Positions 41,051 to 56,700 of a stretch of DNA of 64,000 nt are shown one piece after another. The notes beneath the pieces are model-generated. The model saw only the letters and a program-made list of their open reading frames with translations, had not been told where the DNA came from and ran no database searches. A program made the translations under genes and the position numbers. Numbering within the stretch: position 1 is the first letter of the stretch; the number at the start of each line of letters is the position of its first letter. Source of the stretch: Amoebidium appalachense (taxonomy: Eukaryota > Protista > Ichthyosporea). The stretch spans positions 8,739,962-8,803,961 of the forward strand of contig CAVNZM010000007.1 of the NCBI GenBank assembly GCA_963693365.1. Direction: 5' to 3'.

Positions 41051-41169
41051 TATTGTGATGAAGCGCATATACGTTTCAACCCTTCAGAGGACAGAAATAA
41101 TACAGTTGCTTCTCTTCATCCCTCCTCCCGCCCGCCCGCCCGCCCGCCTGCCTGCCCGCCCGCCCACGT

Positions 41170-41232
<63 letters not shown>

Positions 41233-41238
41233 CGCACG

Positions 41239-41276
<38 letters not shown>

Positions 41277-41372
41277 GTACACACACACACATACACACAC
41301 GTGCGCGCACACACACACGCACATCCGCACACGCACACACACGCACATACACACACAGACACACAACACACG

Positions 41373-41476
<104 letters not shown>

Positions 41477-41505
41477 ACACACACGTGCACACACACACAC
41501 ACAGC

Positions 41506-41542
<37 letters not shown>

Positions 41543-41720
41543 TACACACACACACAAACACCATTCCTCACTCACTCTCTCTCTCTCTCTTTCCCCCCCC
41601 CCCCCCCCCTCCCCCCTCCCCCCTTCCCCCGGGGGCGGCCTTTCCCAACCCAATCATCTGGCCCCTTCTGTTATGGTCAACCCCCTCAAGTCCCGGTAAG
41701 GACCCAAGCACATCCGGACT

Positions 41721-42236
41721 GAGTCAACTTGCTCGAGCAGATTTATTCTGCAAAAAGTAGGATGATTCTGTAAAAAGCAGAATTGTTCTGCCAAAAGCAG
41801 AATTAATTATCTAGCAAAAGCAGAATTATTCTGCAAAACTAATAATCAATCTGCTAAAAGCAGTGTTATTCTGCAAAAGCAGAATCAATCTGCTAAAAAC
41901 AGAATCAATCTGCTAAAAGCATAATTATTTCGCGAAAAGCAGAATTACTATGTATTAAGCTAACAGCAGAATTATTTGCCCGAAAGCAGAATTATTCTGC
42001 TGTCGAAAAGAGAATATTTCTGCTTTTTGCTGAATAATTCTGCTAAAAGCAGAGTGGTTCTGCTAATAGCAGAGTGGTTCTGCTTTTGTGAACTAATTCT
42101 GCCAAAGGCAGAACAATTCTGCTAAAGGCAGAATAATTCTGCTAAAAGCAGAGTCGCAAAGTTCTGCTTTTGCAGATAATTCTGTGCAGAATAATTCCGC
42201 TTTTGCATAACGATTCTGCTTTTTGCAAGTTTACTC
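41721..42236. repeat. Array of ~24 degenerate palindromic 19-20-bp units (GCAGAATTATTCTGC plus A/T linker), foldback/MITE-like
   Basis: Units counted by eye. Ends GAGTCAACTTGC and GCAAGTTTACTC are 11/12 inverted matches. Confidence 0.9.
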
Positions 42237-42939
42237 TGGCGATGTGATTGCGCCCTCCGGTAATCCTGAAATTCTGCACTGAGTGCTTTCCACACACATG
42301 TGCGCTTTGCTTGCCACAAAACACTGCTGGCCAGCAGATAATAATAGACCTAGAGAACTATGTACTGTGCTCAAATTTCAACTATCTTTGTGCCTGTGCG
42401 CAGTGGCTTGCCTGATAACACCCCCCTCCCTCTCCCCCCCCCCCTCCCCCCCTCCCTCCCCTTCCCCCCCCCCTCCACACACGCACACCACCACCACCTG
42501 CACCATCACCACCACACACACACACACACACGCAACAATATACCCGCTCACTATGCTACAGTGCGTGCAGACACACGCAAAAACACACACACAAACACGC
42601 AGCATACGCACTGGCACGGTGATTCCCCACCAGCCCAACACCACTCCTTTCCCGATCTGCCTAGAAGCCAAAGAAATTATCCACCAGAATTATTACCGGT
42701 TTGGCCGTGCCTTGGGATATATTTTCCTGCACTTACCGCTCACTTCACTGATGATAAAAACAATTAACACGTGGCCCATCATTCCGAATTTATTATGCAA
42801 CTTGTGTCAATCGTGTACGATGACGAATTTCCCCAAAACAGGACGTACTTGAGATAATCTGGCCACGAAATATCTTTGTGGAAACGCCCCTCAGCTGGCT
42901 GTGGGTGTTCACATTCAACTTGTTTTCGTCTTGTTATCC

Positions 42940-42988
<49 letters not shown>

Positions 42989-43398
42989 GGGGCAACCTTA
43001 CCCCAACCCCATCCCCCAGAAACACACGCGAGCGCGCACAAACACGCACGCACGCACGCGCACGCACACACGCACACACACAAACACACACACAAAAAAT
43101 AAAAAAAAATAAAAAACCAGGGGGAAAAGCCGGAGAAAGACGGAGAGAACGCCACTGGCAGCTAGTTTTTACTAATCTCAATCTCCTGATATCATGAATC
43201 GTATAATCCGGTCACACTGTTCTCATTTTTGTATCGTAGCTACCAGAGCTGATACTGGATGTTGCTACATTAGGTGCCCGTGCAGTTAGTTTGGAATGAT
43301 GTTGACGCCATCGCAAGGCACGTACGGGCCACATCAGGAGAGAACGGTCGAGGTCCTTTGTTTGGATTGCTTGTCACGGGCCACATCCCCCCCCTCCC

Positions 43399-43446
<48 letters not shown>

Positions 43447-44402
43447 CTTTCTCCGCCCGTGGACCGGTAGGTCGGCCCTCGGTTTCTCTCCAAATTCTCC
43501 TTCCTTCCAAAGCGCATGGCCAAAAATAAAAATAAAAAAGGGGGGGGAGGGAGGGGGGATCGATCCGGATTACAAAAGGTTGATATTGTATCATGCGTGC
43601 GCCTTGACGTAGTGACAAAGGTGCAGGGCTCACATATGCATAAATATGATCACGGTCGATCCTTCGTCCTTGAAGCATTCAGATCTGGCTTGGCTTGACA
43701 ATGCAGGCATTTGGGCGAACGCAGAATGCTGTGCTTGCAACCCCAGAAAGGAGAAGGGTACTGTAAGGGATTGGAGACCAAATAAACGTGCGTGTTATCG
43801 AGTCTTGTTGTTACACCTCGGATCAGGCCCCAACATCAATTGTATTAGAAAATTATCATACATGGCGTCTCGTCTACGTTAGAGCAAGAATTCTATGATA
43901 GCTGTCTCTCCATACCAATGATACCATGGTGCAGAATCCGGACAGCCGGGGGCGCAGCCTCAAGTGCATGAAGAGTCACTGTACTCGGAAGCCCGCTCAG
44001 CATGAGCTTGAAATTTCAACTATTTGAATTGGCGAAATTTGAAATTTTATGTACGCGCATCCAACTAGCTGTTACAGTAGTTGCGCATCCAGTGCACTAA
44101 GTTTTCACAGCATGCATATCGCTTATCCACATATACATATGTAACTGAGGCTCTGTCCAGGTGCAAGCCCTATACATGTTCAGCCCACTTATATTTCACA
44201 GCCCCTACCACGTAAAGTTATTAGAAAACCCCGATCAAAAAAACACCTGGGAGAGAGAGGGGGGGGGGGGGCTCAGCAGAAGACGATGAAAAAAGGAGGG
44301 AAAAACAGCGGAGCACTTAAAATCTAATTTAAAACTTTAATCTATTTCTAATCATTTGACGCTCAGTTAGACTCCCAAGCCTCGAGCTATCATATGTTCT
44401 AA

Positions 44403-47267
44403 TTAGAGTACGGAGGCTGTAGTGGACGGGGCTAGAGTGCCATCAGCCGTCTTAGCCATCCTTTCCTGATACAATCTCTCTCTCCACTGGTTGACTCTAT
44501 CTGACAATGCCCCATTCAACTCATCTGAAGTCCTGCTCTGTTTCTTTCCCCCGGCACCCAACCTTATACTCCTCTTCTTACTAACACCACCATTCGGGTC
44601 CGTCGTGACCACAATTTCATCCGTATCTTCACTTGCAGGGCTGCGAGGGCGCGGGATAACCTTAGGCCCAGCCTTATTTCTCTGCACGTAGAATATTGCC
44701 GCCCCGCACAACGCCAAAACGGCCAAAATGCCGCACACAATCCCCGCAATAGCACCACCCGAGAGACCTCCGCTTGATGCCTCCACCTGGCTGCCTGCGA
44801 TCGAAATCGCATCGCACATTTCCGGGCATGGCCTTTGCTCACTTTCACCGTAGCCAAGTGACGAACACGATTGGCCCTGGGCAGTGGGTGCAATGCACGT
44901 GCGCGTCCAATTGGATGTCTGGGCCGTATTCGACCCACAGCACATCGTGATCTGCGTCCAATCAGTGCACACGCAGTCGTCGGCGAGTGTTGATGATTGG
45001 GTGGCGTACATTTGCACGTTGTCCACGGCCACTGAAACAGGCATGCGCCGTGTCAGGATCGACACAGTGATGGCGGCAGTAGCCTTGGGTAGGATATAGC
45101 GTGCCTCGAGGGGCACCCACGTGTTTGGTGTGAGGTCAGCAGTGTTTAGTGACGTCACAGACTGCTGCCCGGTGGCCCGACGGCGCTGGCCCCCAGACTG
45201 GGTGGCATCGAGCTGCAGTTGCACGGCAGAGTCTTTGCTGCTGCATGGGGGATATATTTGGTTAGTTGTTTGCTCGTTGAAGTAAAGCATAGCATGGTTG
45301 CCATTGTGTGGGCACCTTTTTGACACAAAGTACTTTCCAGGAGTTTCACAAGGAAAACACAACGTGATTTGCACAAAAAACACACACTCAATAGACCTTA
45401 CCGTGAGCCACATCGCGGAATAAAATGTTGCAGGCTTGATATAGAAAATGGGCCCGAATCCTCTTTCATCGGGGGGTGACTATGAATTTGAGCTAAACGA
45501 TTTGATTGGTCAAAACTAATATGAAACTCAAACTTTCAAACTTTTGCTACTATCAAGGGGGTGTGCATCACAGTTTTATATACCGAAAGTTTGCGGCTTC
45601 GCCTTGCGCTCAGTATATAAAGGTATTAAAATAAGCGTCTTTGTCTCCTGCGTATTTCTACTAAGGCAACGAAAGCTAATAAATAGAAACAAACGTTTAT
45701 TTCATATGTCTGTCCTATGATCGCTATGCTTCATTTTATTCGGTCGATCTGAACCGCCGGCCGCTGCGGTAAGGTCTATAATGCCTTACTTAGCTACTTC
45801 ACTTGCCACCTGCCCACCCACCAAAAAGGACCCCCCCCCCCCCCCCCCCCACACACACACACATACAAAACATGGACTCCGGGAAAGGGAGGGCTCCAAA
45901 CACACGCATGCACTGTGCACACTACCCACCTCTTCAGGGCCGCCAGCACATCTGCCGACACATAGACCATTGCCCGCACAACCACCGGCCGCACGTCCAC
46001 TGTCGGCACACGCAGTGTCTGCTGCAGCCCACTGACTCCGTTGTCTGCAGCGGATAAAATCAGATCAGTTGATATTTCTCTGAAGCTGTATAACCCTCCC
46101 CTTCACCCCCCTCCTCCACAACACGTGTAGACACACGTAGACACACACACGCACACCTATGTATATGAATCTTTCCCCCGTCCCCTCCCTTCCCGCTACA
46201 CTTTGTCTTTTATGCTCAGGCCCAGGTTCCCCCTCACCTCCTCCTCCACGTCTCTTTTACCTTTTCTCGATTTATGACTGCCACCCCCCCCCCCCCCCCC
46301 CCTGCGCCCCACAAAAGCAAAAGAGAAGAGACGAAACACATACCGTTCGGTTTGAGCATGGCCGATGCTGAGCCCTGGTAGGCCATGTCACGTGACACGG
46401 CATAGCCCTGTCCTATTGGCTGCCACAGTGCCGGGCCATTCGTTGTTGCCTCGTTGGGCTCGAACGACCCGGCCAGAACCAGGTTGACCGGCCCGAGAGC
46501 ACTGGTGTTGCTGCAATTGCCAGCCAGGCCCACACATTTCTGTGTCTCCACATTGCTGAGATTCTTGGCCGCGCACGACAGCCCACCCTTTGTTCCCTCC
46601 GTGCACGTGCGCGTACGTGTTGCCGATCCTTCTCCGCAATAGGTTGAGCACGCACCAAAAGCTGACCAATCACCACACGTACAGTCACTCGGGCAATCAC
46701 CCGGCGCAGTACAACTTCCACTGTCGACAGCCCTGATACCCAAAAACCCACACACGGCATTACCACCGGTGCAGGACCGCTGGCGTGTGCGGCTACCTGA
46801 CCCGCATGTTGTACCACACGCACCCCATTCACCCCACTCCTCGCACTGGCAGGGTATGTTGACGTCTGAAACATCTCCCTCCGTCATGGTGATACCGTCG
46901 CAGAACACTGCGCCTGTCATATTGCTGGCCACACAGGAAACACGCACTGCTGCAATGCGTGCCGTAGGAGTGAAGGTGGTGTTGAGGGCAGTCCATGACC
47001 AGGGCTCGGTGATGGGGAAAACGGCAGACTACGTGGGTGAGATTTGGTGAGCTATGTGGTTTCTGCGAAAAGATATGAAATGTGTGTTGCCGGTGCGGTT
47101 GTGAGCTAAAGCATGATGTTGGCTCTGCAGTGTGTGTGGCAGTGAAAGGTGTGTATTTGCTATGGCGCACTCATTGTAGAGTGTACTCGTTGTGCATTTT
47201 TGTACGAGTACACTCTACAATATCTATGCACGTACAATATACAGATGCTGGGTTCTGAATGCAGATG

Positions 47268-47310
<43 letters not shown>

Positions 47311-47384
47311 CGTGCGCGCATGTGTATGTGTGTGGATGTGTGAATATGTGCGCTCTATGAGGGCAGGAATGCAGATGCAAAAGC

Positions 47385-47431
<47 letters not shown>

Positions 47432-49902
47432 TGTGTACGTGTGTGTGTGGATGTGTGGATGTGTGTGTTCTATGAGGGTAGGGCACGTACGGCCTGCACG
47501 GTGGTGTTGTCAATGTAGAGCACATCGATCTGGATTCCAAATGCCGTGGGCATAGCCTTGAGCTCGGGCACTGCCTTTTCATCGGCCATGCCCAGCCCAC
47601 TCAGTATCAGCTGCCGGGGCTGATCCTGCTGCAGAGGTACCAATTGGGATGCCCCGGCCGTGTGCGTACCCCCTGCACCAAAAAAAATAAAAAAAACAAA
47701 AAAAATAAATAAGTCATGCGCTTGTATGGTATGGGCTGTGTGAGCGTGCAGGGGGCCGTTTTGGGCAGTCTGTTGCAGCTTACTAATGCCTCAATGCCTT
47801 ACATGTACATCAACACAAGTATTTGCATGGTATGCACGTACGTGCATGTATACATTAGAAATATATACCGAAAGGGAACAAGTTCGGCTATTTATGCGCA
47901 TGTGTATTCGGATCTGCTAAGAAGTGTTGTTATCACTACCCAAGCCACCCCACAACAGGGCACACATGTGCATGTGTATTCGGATCTGCTAAGAAGTGTT
48001 GTTATCACTACCCAAGCCACCCCACAACAGGGCACACCTTTGCACACACACACACCACGATTCTCGAAACACACACACACACACACACACTTACCAACAG
48101 ACGGCTGTGGCTGCAAGCACTGAGTGCCCCCCTGCTGAGGCACTGCATTTTCCTTAGCCAACCGAAAGCCGTTTCCGATCGAGGTCCATGCCGACTGCTG
48201 GTCCTCAAACCCGCCGTCCTTAATCAATTCCTGGCCAATACATCGTTGAGTATTGCACGGGATACTCTCATTAACTGTGCCGGCACTTGCACCAATACTG
48301 CTACATGTTTTACCGCCGTTTGTACCCCCCGTGCACTGCCGTGTGCGCACCGCCACACCACCGCCACATGTTTTCGTACATGGCTGGTATGCGCTCCATT
48401 CGGTACATGTGCAATCAGTGGGTGTCGGGCTAGGTGTTGGTGTTTGTACAGAAGAAGGTTGGCTCTGTGTTACGAATTGCACTGATGGTGCCGCTGTTTC
48501 CATTGTCTGGGTTGTTGCAGCTGCCGTGGTTTGCTGGATCTGGGCTGAGGTCGACAAAGCCGATGATGGCTTGGGGGCAGCAGGCGTAGTGTTGGCCTGA
48601 GCAAGGCTAGTTGGGGTGGCGGGTGATGGTGCTGCTGCTCCGTCCGTTAGAGAAATATCGTCAAAGTAAACCTGTTTAAGTGTGGTGTTAGTATGATAAG
48701 ATGGCCGGTGTTTATATCTGATCACTAGTGAATGCAAACAACCGCATGACCCTGTACTTAATATAGTGCATGAAAACTAATAGGCCTTACTTGGGAGTAT
48801 TGTATAAACATGTGCTCTCTGCGCTTTCTTTCATCGGATATGTTTTCGTGCCAAGGTGACTCAGGTATCCAATCGAATTCCGTGTTCCTTGCATGTTTGG
48901 CCCGTGTGTGTGTGTGTGTGCGTGCGCGCACGCAGGCATGCACATATTCCCTTTGTGAAAGGCGCAAATATTATTCTCCACGCCATTCTTGTTTGTTTTT
49001 CTTTCTTTCTTTTTTTGGGTGTGGGTGGGGGGGGGGGGTTGGGGTGGGATTGATGTGCCAGGAAAGAACACCTGGGGCGCCCACTCACCTGTCCAGGGTG
49101 TGACTTGACAGTCAAAGTAATGGCTGCCTCGGCAACTGGTTTGGCATATGTCAACGTCTGTGTGTTATTTGACCAATCCCAGGCACTAGCTATAGGCCAT
49201 GGATAAAACTTGCTATCGGTCGTTCCATCAGTAAACTTGACACCCACAGCAATGCCCTGGCCCTGTGTCCCAGCAATGGCGGTTTCGTCGCCCATGACAC
49301 CTGCGCTCAGTACCAATGGTACTGCTTGCACCTGGTTGATGGAAATTGTCTGCGTTGCAGAACGTTCACTTGCAGCATCTGTGTGCAAAAAATTGTGTGA
49401 TCAGCTTGCTTATACGTGACTGAAGAGTAGATCTCCACGTGTACAAGTGTGTGGACTAAGTCCAGAGCATAATCAACTCTACACAACACTCACACATACA
49501 TTTGAAATCGTCCAATTGTCCATTCCCTAAAGCACTGTCATTGAAACCCAGTATCGTGCTTCCTGACGAAAAAAAGGCCCGGCTTCCTTCAATGCTACGC
49601 ACACGTTTCGCGTACAAGCTACAGAGATACGACTGTGTGCAATTTTGCCTACCTCCAACAATTTCCAGAGAGTCAGGTGTTGTGAAGTACTCCTGGTCGG
49701 TGTAATGAACAAACTCGTTCGTGCCCTCCCAATAGTCCTGCACAGTGAATCCTGGGTTGAGTATCCTGTTCCCACCGTTGTTTGTACTTCCGTTGTTTGT
49801 ACTTCCTTCGTCGCCATCCTCGTCCGCAAATACAGTTGCTCTGCTGCAAAGCAGGAGGACCGCGGTGGCTGCCAGGCAGCGACTTCTCACTAGTGGCCCC
49901 AT
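44403..49902 (-). CDS. Type-I membrane protein with three carbohydrate-binding-like (jelly-roll) domains and four thrombospondin type-1 repeats, 7 coding exons
   Basis: Exons approx. 49902-49652, 49378-49089, 48671-48095, 47672-47491, 47027-46344, 46044-45925, 45240-44403. Signal peptide [26 protein letters not shown]. Repeated starts NRILNPGF / ELIKDGGFE / NLVLAGSFE with ends VYFDDISL / VFCDGITM / [11 protein letters not shown]1 motifs [66 protein letters not shown] and one degenerate copy. [26 protein letters not shown]. Confidence 0.9.
45391..45779. mobile_element. Intronic MITE
   Basis: Perfect 13-bp inverted repeats ATAGACCTTACCG / CGGTAAGGTCTAT around an AT-rich interior. A 2-bp TSD (AT or TA) is possible but ambiguous. 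Confidence 0.65.
47899..48037. repeat. Intronic tandem duplication, period ~72 bp, 2 copies
   Basis: CATGTGTATTCGGATCTGCTAAGAAGTGTTGTTATCACTACCCAAGCCACCCCACAACAGGGCACAC occurs twice. Confidence 0.9.
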
Positions 49903-50910
49903 TTCGAAAAGGACTTTTGGCAATTAACCATAAATTCTGTCAGTTTTATACACCCAAATATGCAGTGATACACACAAAGTGGCAGGTTTGATGCCTGAGC
50001 TAAGAAGGTCACCTCTGAGTACATAGGGTGTCGACGTCGTCAGATGATCTTTATGAACCTATGTTCTAAGATTGTTGCTGGTGGTGAGTTATAATGTTTG
50101 TGCTTGTGTGTGAGCAAGCAATGCCGTTGTGAGTTTTAGAGCGATTGAAAATACGCTTAGAGCTTCCAGCTTATGCAACGTCTGTTATTTTTTGTTATTA
50201 GCCTCCACCTTGAATCATCCCAAATCATGCTACGTTTCATAGTATCGTCTTTGGTCTACACGCTACCTCCTGAAAACACGGTGTCGGATTTGGCACTCGT
50301 CAACCAATGTACCGGCTATATATAGTCCTTTAGAGAATGCCAGAGTATGGCAAATCCACGTGCAAGCATCCGACAATCGCCAAGTGCTACCACTGGGTAT
50401 TTCGGCCCAAGTTCTGCAAGCACTTAAATTTAGAGCACTCAGCACGCAAGAATGATACGCGTAGTAGCATTTGATAATTCTTGAGGTGATTATACCAATT
50501 AGTAATTACATCGTGAATGAAACCTGTTTTGATAACGACTGGCAGCATATATGCTGTAGGTACATACCAAGCGTCGACAACTTTGCCGAGCTCTTAGTGA
50601 TTTTCCATGTACGTGATTTTTATTCAATCAACAGTAGAAGAGGATAGAGCTTGCTGCTGCGAGCTGGCACACAGACAGAAGGCAATGCAAACTATGCAGG
50701 TGTTTTAGCATATATCTGCTCGAATAACAATAATAACGCTTTATCTTTAGGCATACGTAACAAACCAGGTGCGTTGATCATTCTCTTCTTTTTTACTTTC
50801 GTGGTTATCTGTGGATATCATTGATATGATATCTCCACGATTTATGATACTGCCTCATGATCTCAGCCAATTGGATGCATCTGTAACCATCTGTTCTATG
50901 AAGATTTGTG

Positions 50911-51260
50911 ATTGGGGTATGGAACAACACAAGGCTCCCCCAAAACTTCCTACTGTGGGGCGAGTCGTATGTGTGTAACCATGCTCCCGGGAATTTGAGA
51001 CCCCATTTCCATGTGTAACAGTATGTAACTAGTAACTATGGAAAATGGAGCTCCGTTATACCAGAATACCCCTTTTTTGAGTTAATTTCTTGACTTTTAC
51101 TATATGTAGGACCACATGCAGTCCTATGTCTGTAACGGAACTACGTGGCCTAATTCTCGAAACAGGAAAATCGGAAATCCGCTGTTTACACTTTGTGCAC
51201 ATACGACTCGCCCCACACATATGAGTGTTGGGGGATCCAACACAAAAATCATACACCAAT
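50911..51260. mobile_element. MITE-like element with long imperfect inverted repeats
   Basis: Perfect 20-bp core TGTGGGGCGAGTCGTATGTG (50954-50973) / CACATACGACTCGCCCCACA (51198-51217), with weaker inverted similarity for ~40 bp outward. No TSD identified. Confidence 0.65.
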
Positions 51261-51457
51261 AAGAACAGGCAAGACTTGCCTTATATGGATTGTTTATTTT
51301 CTCCACCAATAAACATAACAGTCCCCCGGGATTTTCAATTCAGCAACCAATCATGTCTGCAGAACCGAATACCTTAAATCTAAGCATTCAATTTGACACT
51401 TGATCGTTGACCGCCTTCAGAAGTTCAGGCAGCTGCAGTGTGTTCAGAGGGCCGTGC

Positions 51458-53539
<2,082 letters not shown>

Positions 53540-53547
53540 GGCCGTGC

Positions 53548-53582
53548 CAAGGCCTCCTAAATACCACATTTAGGAGGCCTTG
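53548..53582. mobile_element. 35-bp minimal hAT-type element
   Basis: CAAGGCCTCCTAAAT-ACCAC-ATTTAGGAGGCCTTG: perfect 15-bp TIRs, flanked by GGCCGTGC on both sides. The first 13 nt equal the right terminus of the 12613-14208 element. Confidence 0.85.
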
Positions 53583-54858
53583 GGCCGTGCCACCGTGGCT
53601 GTAGGGTGCAGGTAGCTGGGTGCAGGCCTATTTTACCGTACATACCTACACGGGCAGTCACAGTACGTACTTCACACAGTGCCACCGCACAGAAGGATTT
53701 AGCCCATGCTCTAGTCGTGGGAGTAAGCCAGCGGAAATCTGATGCGATAGTTTCTTTTTGTGTGGAATCTGCCAGCTCTCTTTGAGAACGGACCTGTGCT
53801 CTCTCCTGTCACGTGTGCATCTATCTGTTCCATATCCCTGCCGTGCGAACAAAGCCGTACATTTTAAGATAACCACGACTATAACAGAAACATGCGTTGT
53901 AATTCTAGGCTGGGCAGTGGCACGTCCAACCTAGATCCTAGGCAATAATTGGCAAGTTCTCGTTAGTGCCAAGTCCACCAGCACTCTACTCCCTCGTTTC
54001 GCTTCACGCTCGAAGTCTCAATGCTCTAAAGGCTGTACGTAAATTATCTACACACACTTCCCTTCTTGCGATTGGTTAATGGAGGCCGCTATGACAATGA
54101 AGCGCGGCCCTCAGTACAAAAAAAAGGCCAATGCTGCAGGTGCACCGTGGGTGCCAACAGAACAAATGACAGCAAAAAATAAACCTTAACTATGGCATGG
54201 AAAAGCTGACTGTCTATTGAAATACCTGTGCAACAACCGAAATAGTGAGAGGCCACTGTGCGCTACCTCTCGAGCTCGGTTGCTTGGAGCCCTTCTCACC
54301 CCCTCCCCCCCCCCCCCCCCCCCCCACCCCCTCCCCCCGCACCTCGCACCCAGGGCCATTGCTCATGTTCAGAGAGGCAACAAAGCCTCCACACTGCAGT
54401 AGCTGTACGTGCTCCGAGTTTTTCTTGCCTTATTTCTTGCCAGGTCCGTCAGGCCTCTTTGAACCATTAGCTAGTGGAAGCACGTTTTTTTATCCGCTAC
54501 ATTCCCACATGATGATAATGCCACTCCTTCACTTGCGCACAGCCCGCTACCATCCTACAGTTTCCCCACCTGTTCTTCTTATGATAAGTGCATCCTCTTT
54601 TTTGCTCGATATCTCCTTCCTTCACCCTTCACAAGTATATTAATACACGCCTGGTTAGCATAAAGAGCACACACTAGAGCCTGGGCATCTGATGCGAGCC
54701 TAGTTGCTCTGTAGCGTGGTCCTATGCCATAACTTCATTTTCTTTTCTTGTTCGTTAATTTAATCGAGTTAACCTCTCTCTTATTCTGTATTTCCTATTC
54801 AGTCTCTAAGTTAGCCCTCGCACACAGGGCACGGCCGTGGGTGTGCATCGATGAGCGG

Positions 54859-54903
<45 letters not shown>

Positions 54904-56108
54904 GGTGCGGCAGGCCTGATCGTGGCGGAAACTGCACCCGAAGTACATCATTACGTGATGAAGGAAAAAAGAATTGTTGAATATTATAAAAGGGGGGGGT
55001 GAAATTGGCATGTGGTGCACGGTGCACCCTGGCCACTCGGACTGAGCCAAGGCCTCCAAGGCTTCCAAGCCCTCCGTGCGCAGGTGAGACCGTTGTTTTG
55101 AGCCTGCGGTGATCGGGTTTACCCTCCTCGGGTATCTTGTGACCCGAATGTGATCTTCCCATCTCTTTAGGCGCATTTTTGGCCCGTCGGGTTGTCGATT
55201 TATCACATCGACCCGATGTAAATGCTTTTGAATCGACCTTCGCGCCAAAGTGGGCCAATCGGATACTTCAGCCAATCAACGCGCCGAATTCCATGAGACG
55301 GCCGTTAGACGGCACCGAGTCACATGTACTACCTGCGAAACGTGCTCTTCAAAGTATTACGTTTCCATAGGTAGACACTTGAAAACTTTATGTTTTCTTC
55401 AAAGATTAACTTATGAGAGTGGAACAGCACTTTTTGAGCCTCTGAAACGACTACAGGGATTTATGGAAGTAGTATTTCGCAAAATTTAACTGTTGCAGAG
55501 TTTGACTGAGCAACTTTGACGGCACGCTTAGCAGATCTGCTCTGGAAGCTCTCGTCGTGAAACGCAAAGAGACACGCGCACGTGTGCGTGTAAATTCAAC
55601 GAGTGCTTTGTGGCAACTGTAAGACCTGTGCGGTGAAAGGTTCTGTTTTTTGTTCTATTTATTCCTTTACACAGTTTTTTTTGGGCCCGCATGTAGTGCA
55701 GGTCTAGCGCAGTCGTCCGTCATTATAGGCAGCCTAAACGAAGGGACAGCTGCACTCGATTTCTTTTTCTGCACTTCGTTTCTGCACGCTACATTGCAGT
55801 TCTAAGCGAAGCGCCATAAGCAGTCCGTTGAAGACAAAAAAGGCTTCTTCTCTCCAGGTACGTGGTTTTTCCGGGCATACTCTATGTTAAAGCGGTCTGG
55901 TAACATTCTTTCCTTCATACACGAAAAAAAAATATTCACTTCACGCAAAACACGACCAAGGACTGGCAAGCTCCTTCCCCTTCTCTCCCCCCCCCCCCCC
56001 CCCCCAACATTCCACTCCCCCCCTTCCACCCCTAACACGCACATGCACTCTAACCGCCTTCCCCTCTATATGCAGGTTGCCCAGTAGCCCGTCATAGCAA
56101 AGGGCACC

Positions 56109-56636
56109 ATGGCAACCACCCAGCACCACGGGGCGTTGCCTCGTCTCGAGGGCAGTCTGACCCACCAGTACTTAGAGCCCACCCCTGTGGACTTTATGGA
56201 GCCAGAGGGCCAGCCCATAGAGATAGAGCCCCCTACAAGGGCGGCACTGGAGACACCTGCTTGGGTTCATTTTGTCGCTGGAGGGTGAGCAATGATTGTG
56301 TGTGTGTGTGTGTGTGGGAGGGGGGGGGGGGGGGGAGTGGAGTGGGGGGACGGGGGGAGGGGGGGCACGCGGTCTGCGCCACACGTGTGTGTGTGTGTCT
56401 TTTGTGGATAAAAGGGACAAGCAGGAGTAATGTGCTAGGACGGATGTTGTGTTTGGAGTCGGGAGTTTCATGAGTGTAGACAGAGAGCAAGATGGGGGAG
56501 GGTGGGGGGCTGGGGAGGGGGGGGGAGTATGAAAGAGAACTGCGTAGGCGCAAACGGCATTAGAAGAGACGCGAAGGGGGTATGGCCTGTAGCAGTTGGG
56601 GAGGGGTTTCAGCCTGATGGACACAGAAGGCAAAAC

Positions 56637-56700
<64 letters not shown>

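Noticed and set aside
41721-42236. CRISPR array
   Set aside because: Palindromic repeats are separated only by 4-5-nt A/T linkers, not unique 25-45-nt spacers. No cas genes, and the context is eukaryotic.
54840-54905. Retroposon insertion marked by the 42-nt A run
   Set aside because: No TSD or similarity to the LINE 3' end. Long homopolymers are ubiquitous here and their lengths may be inflated by sequencing error.
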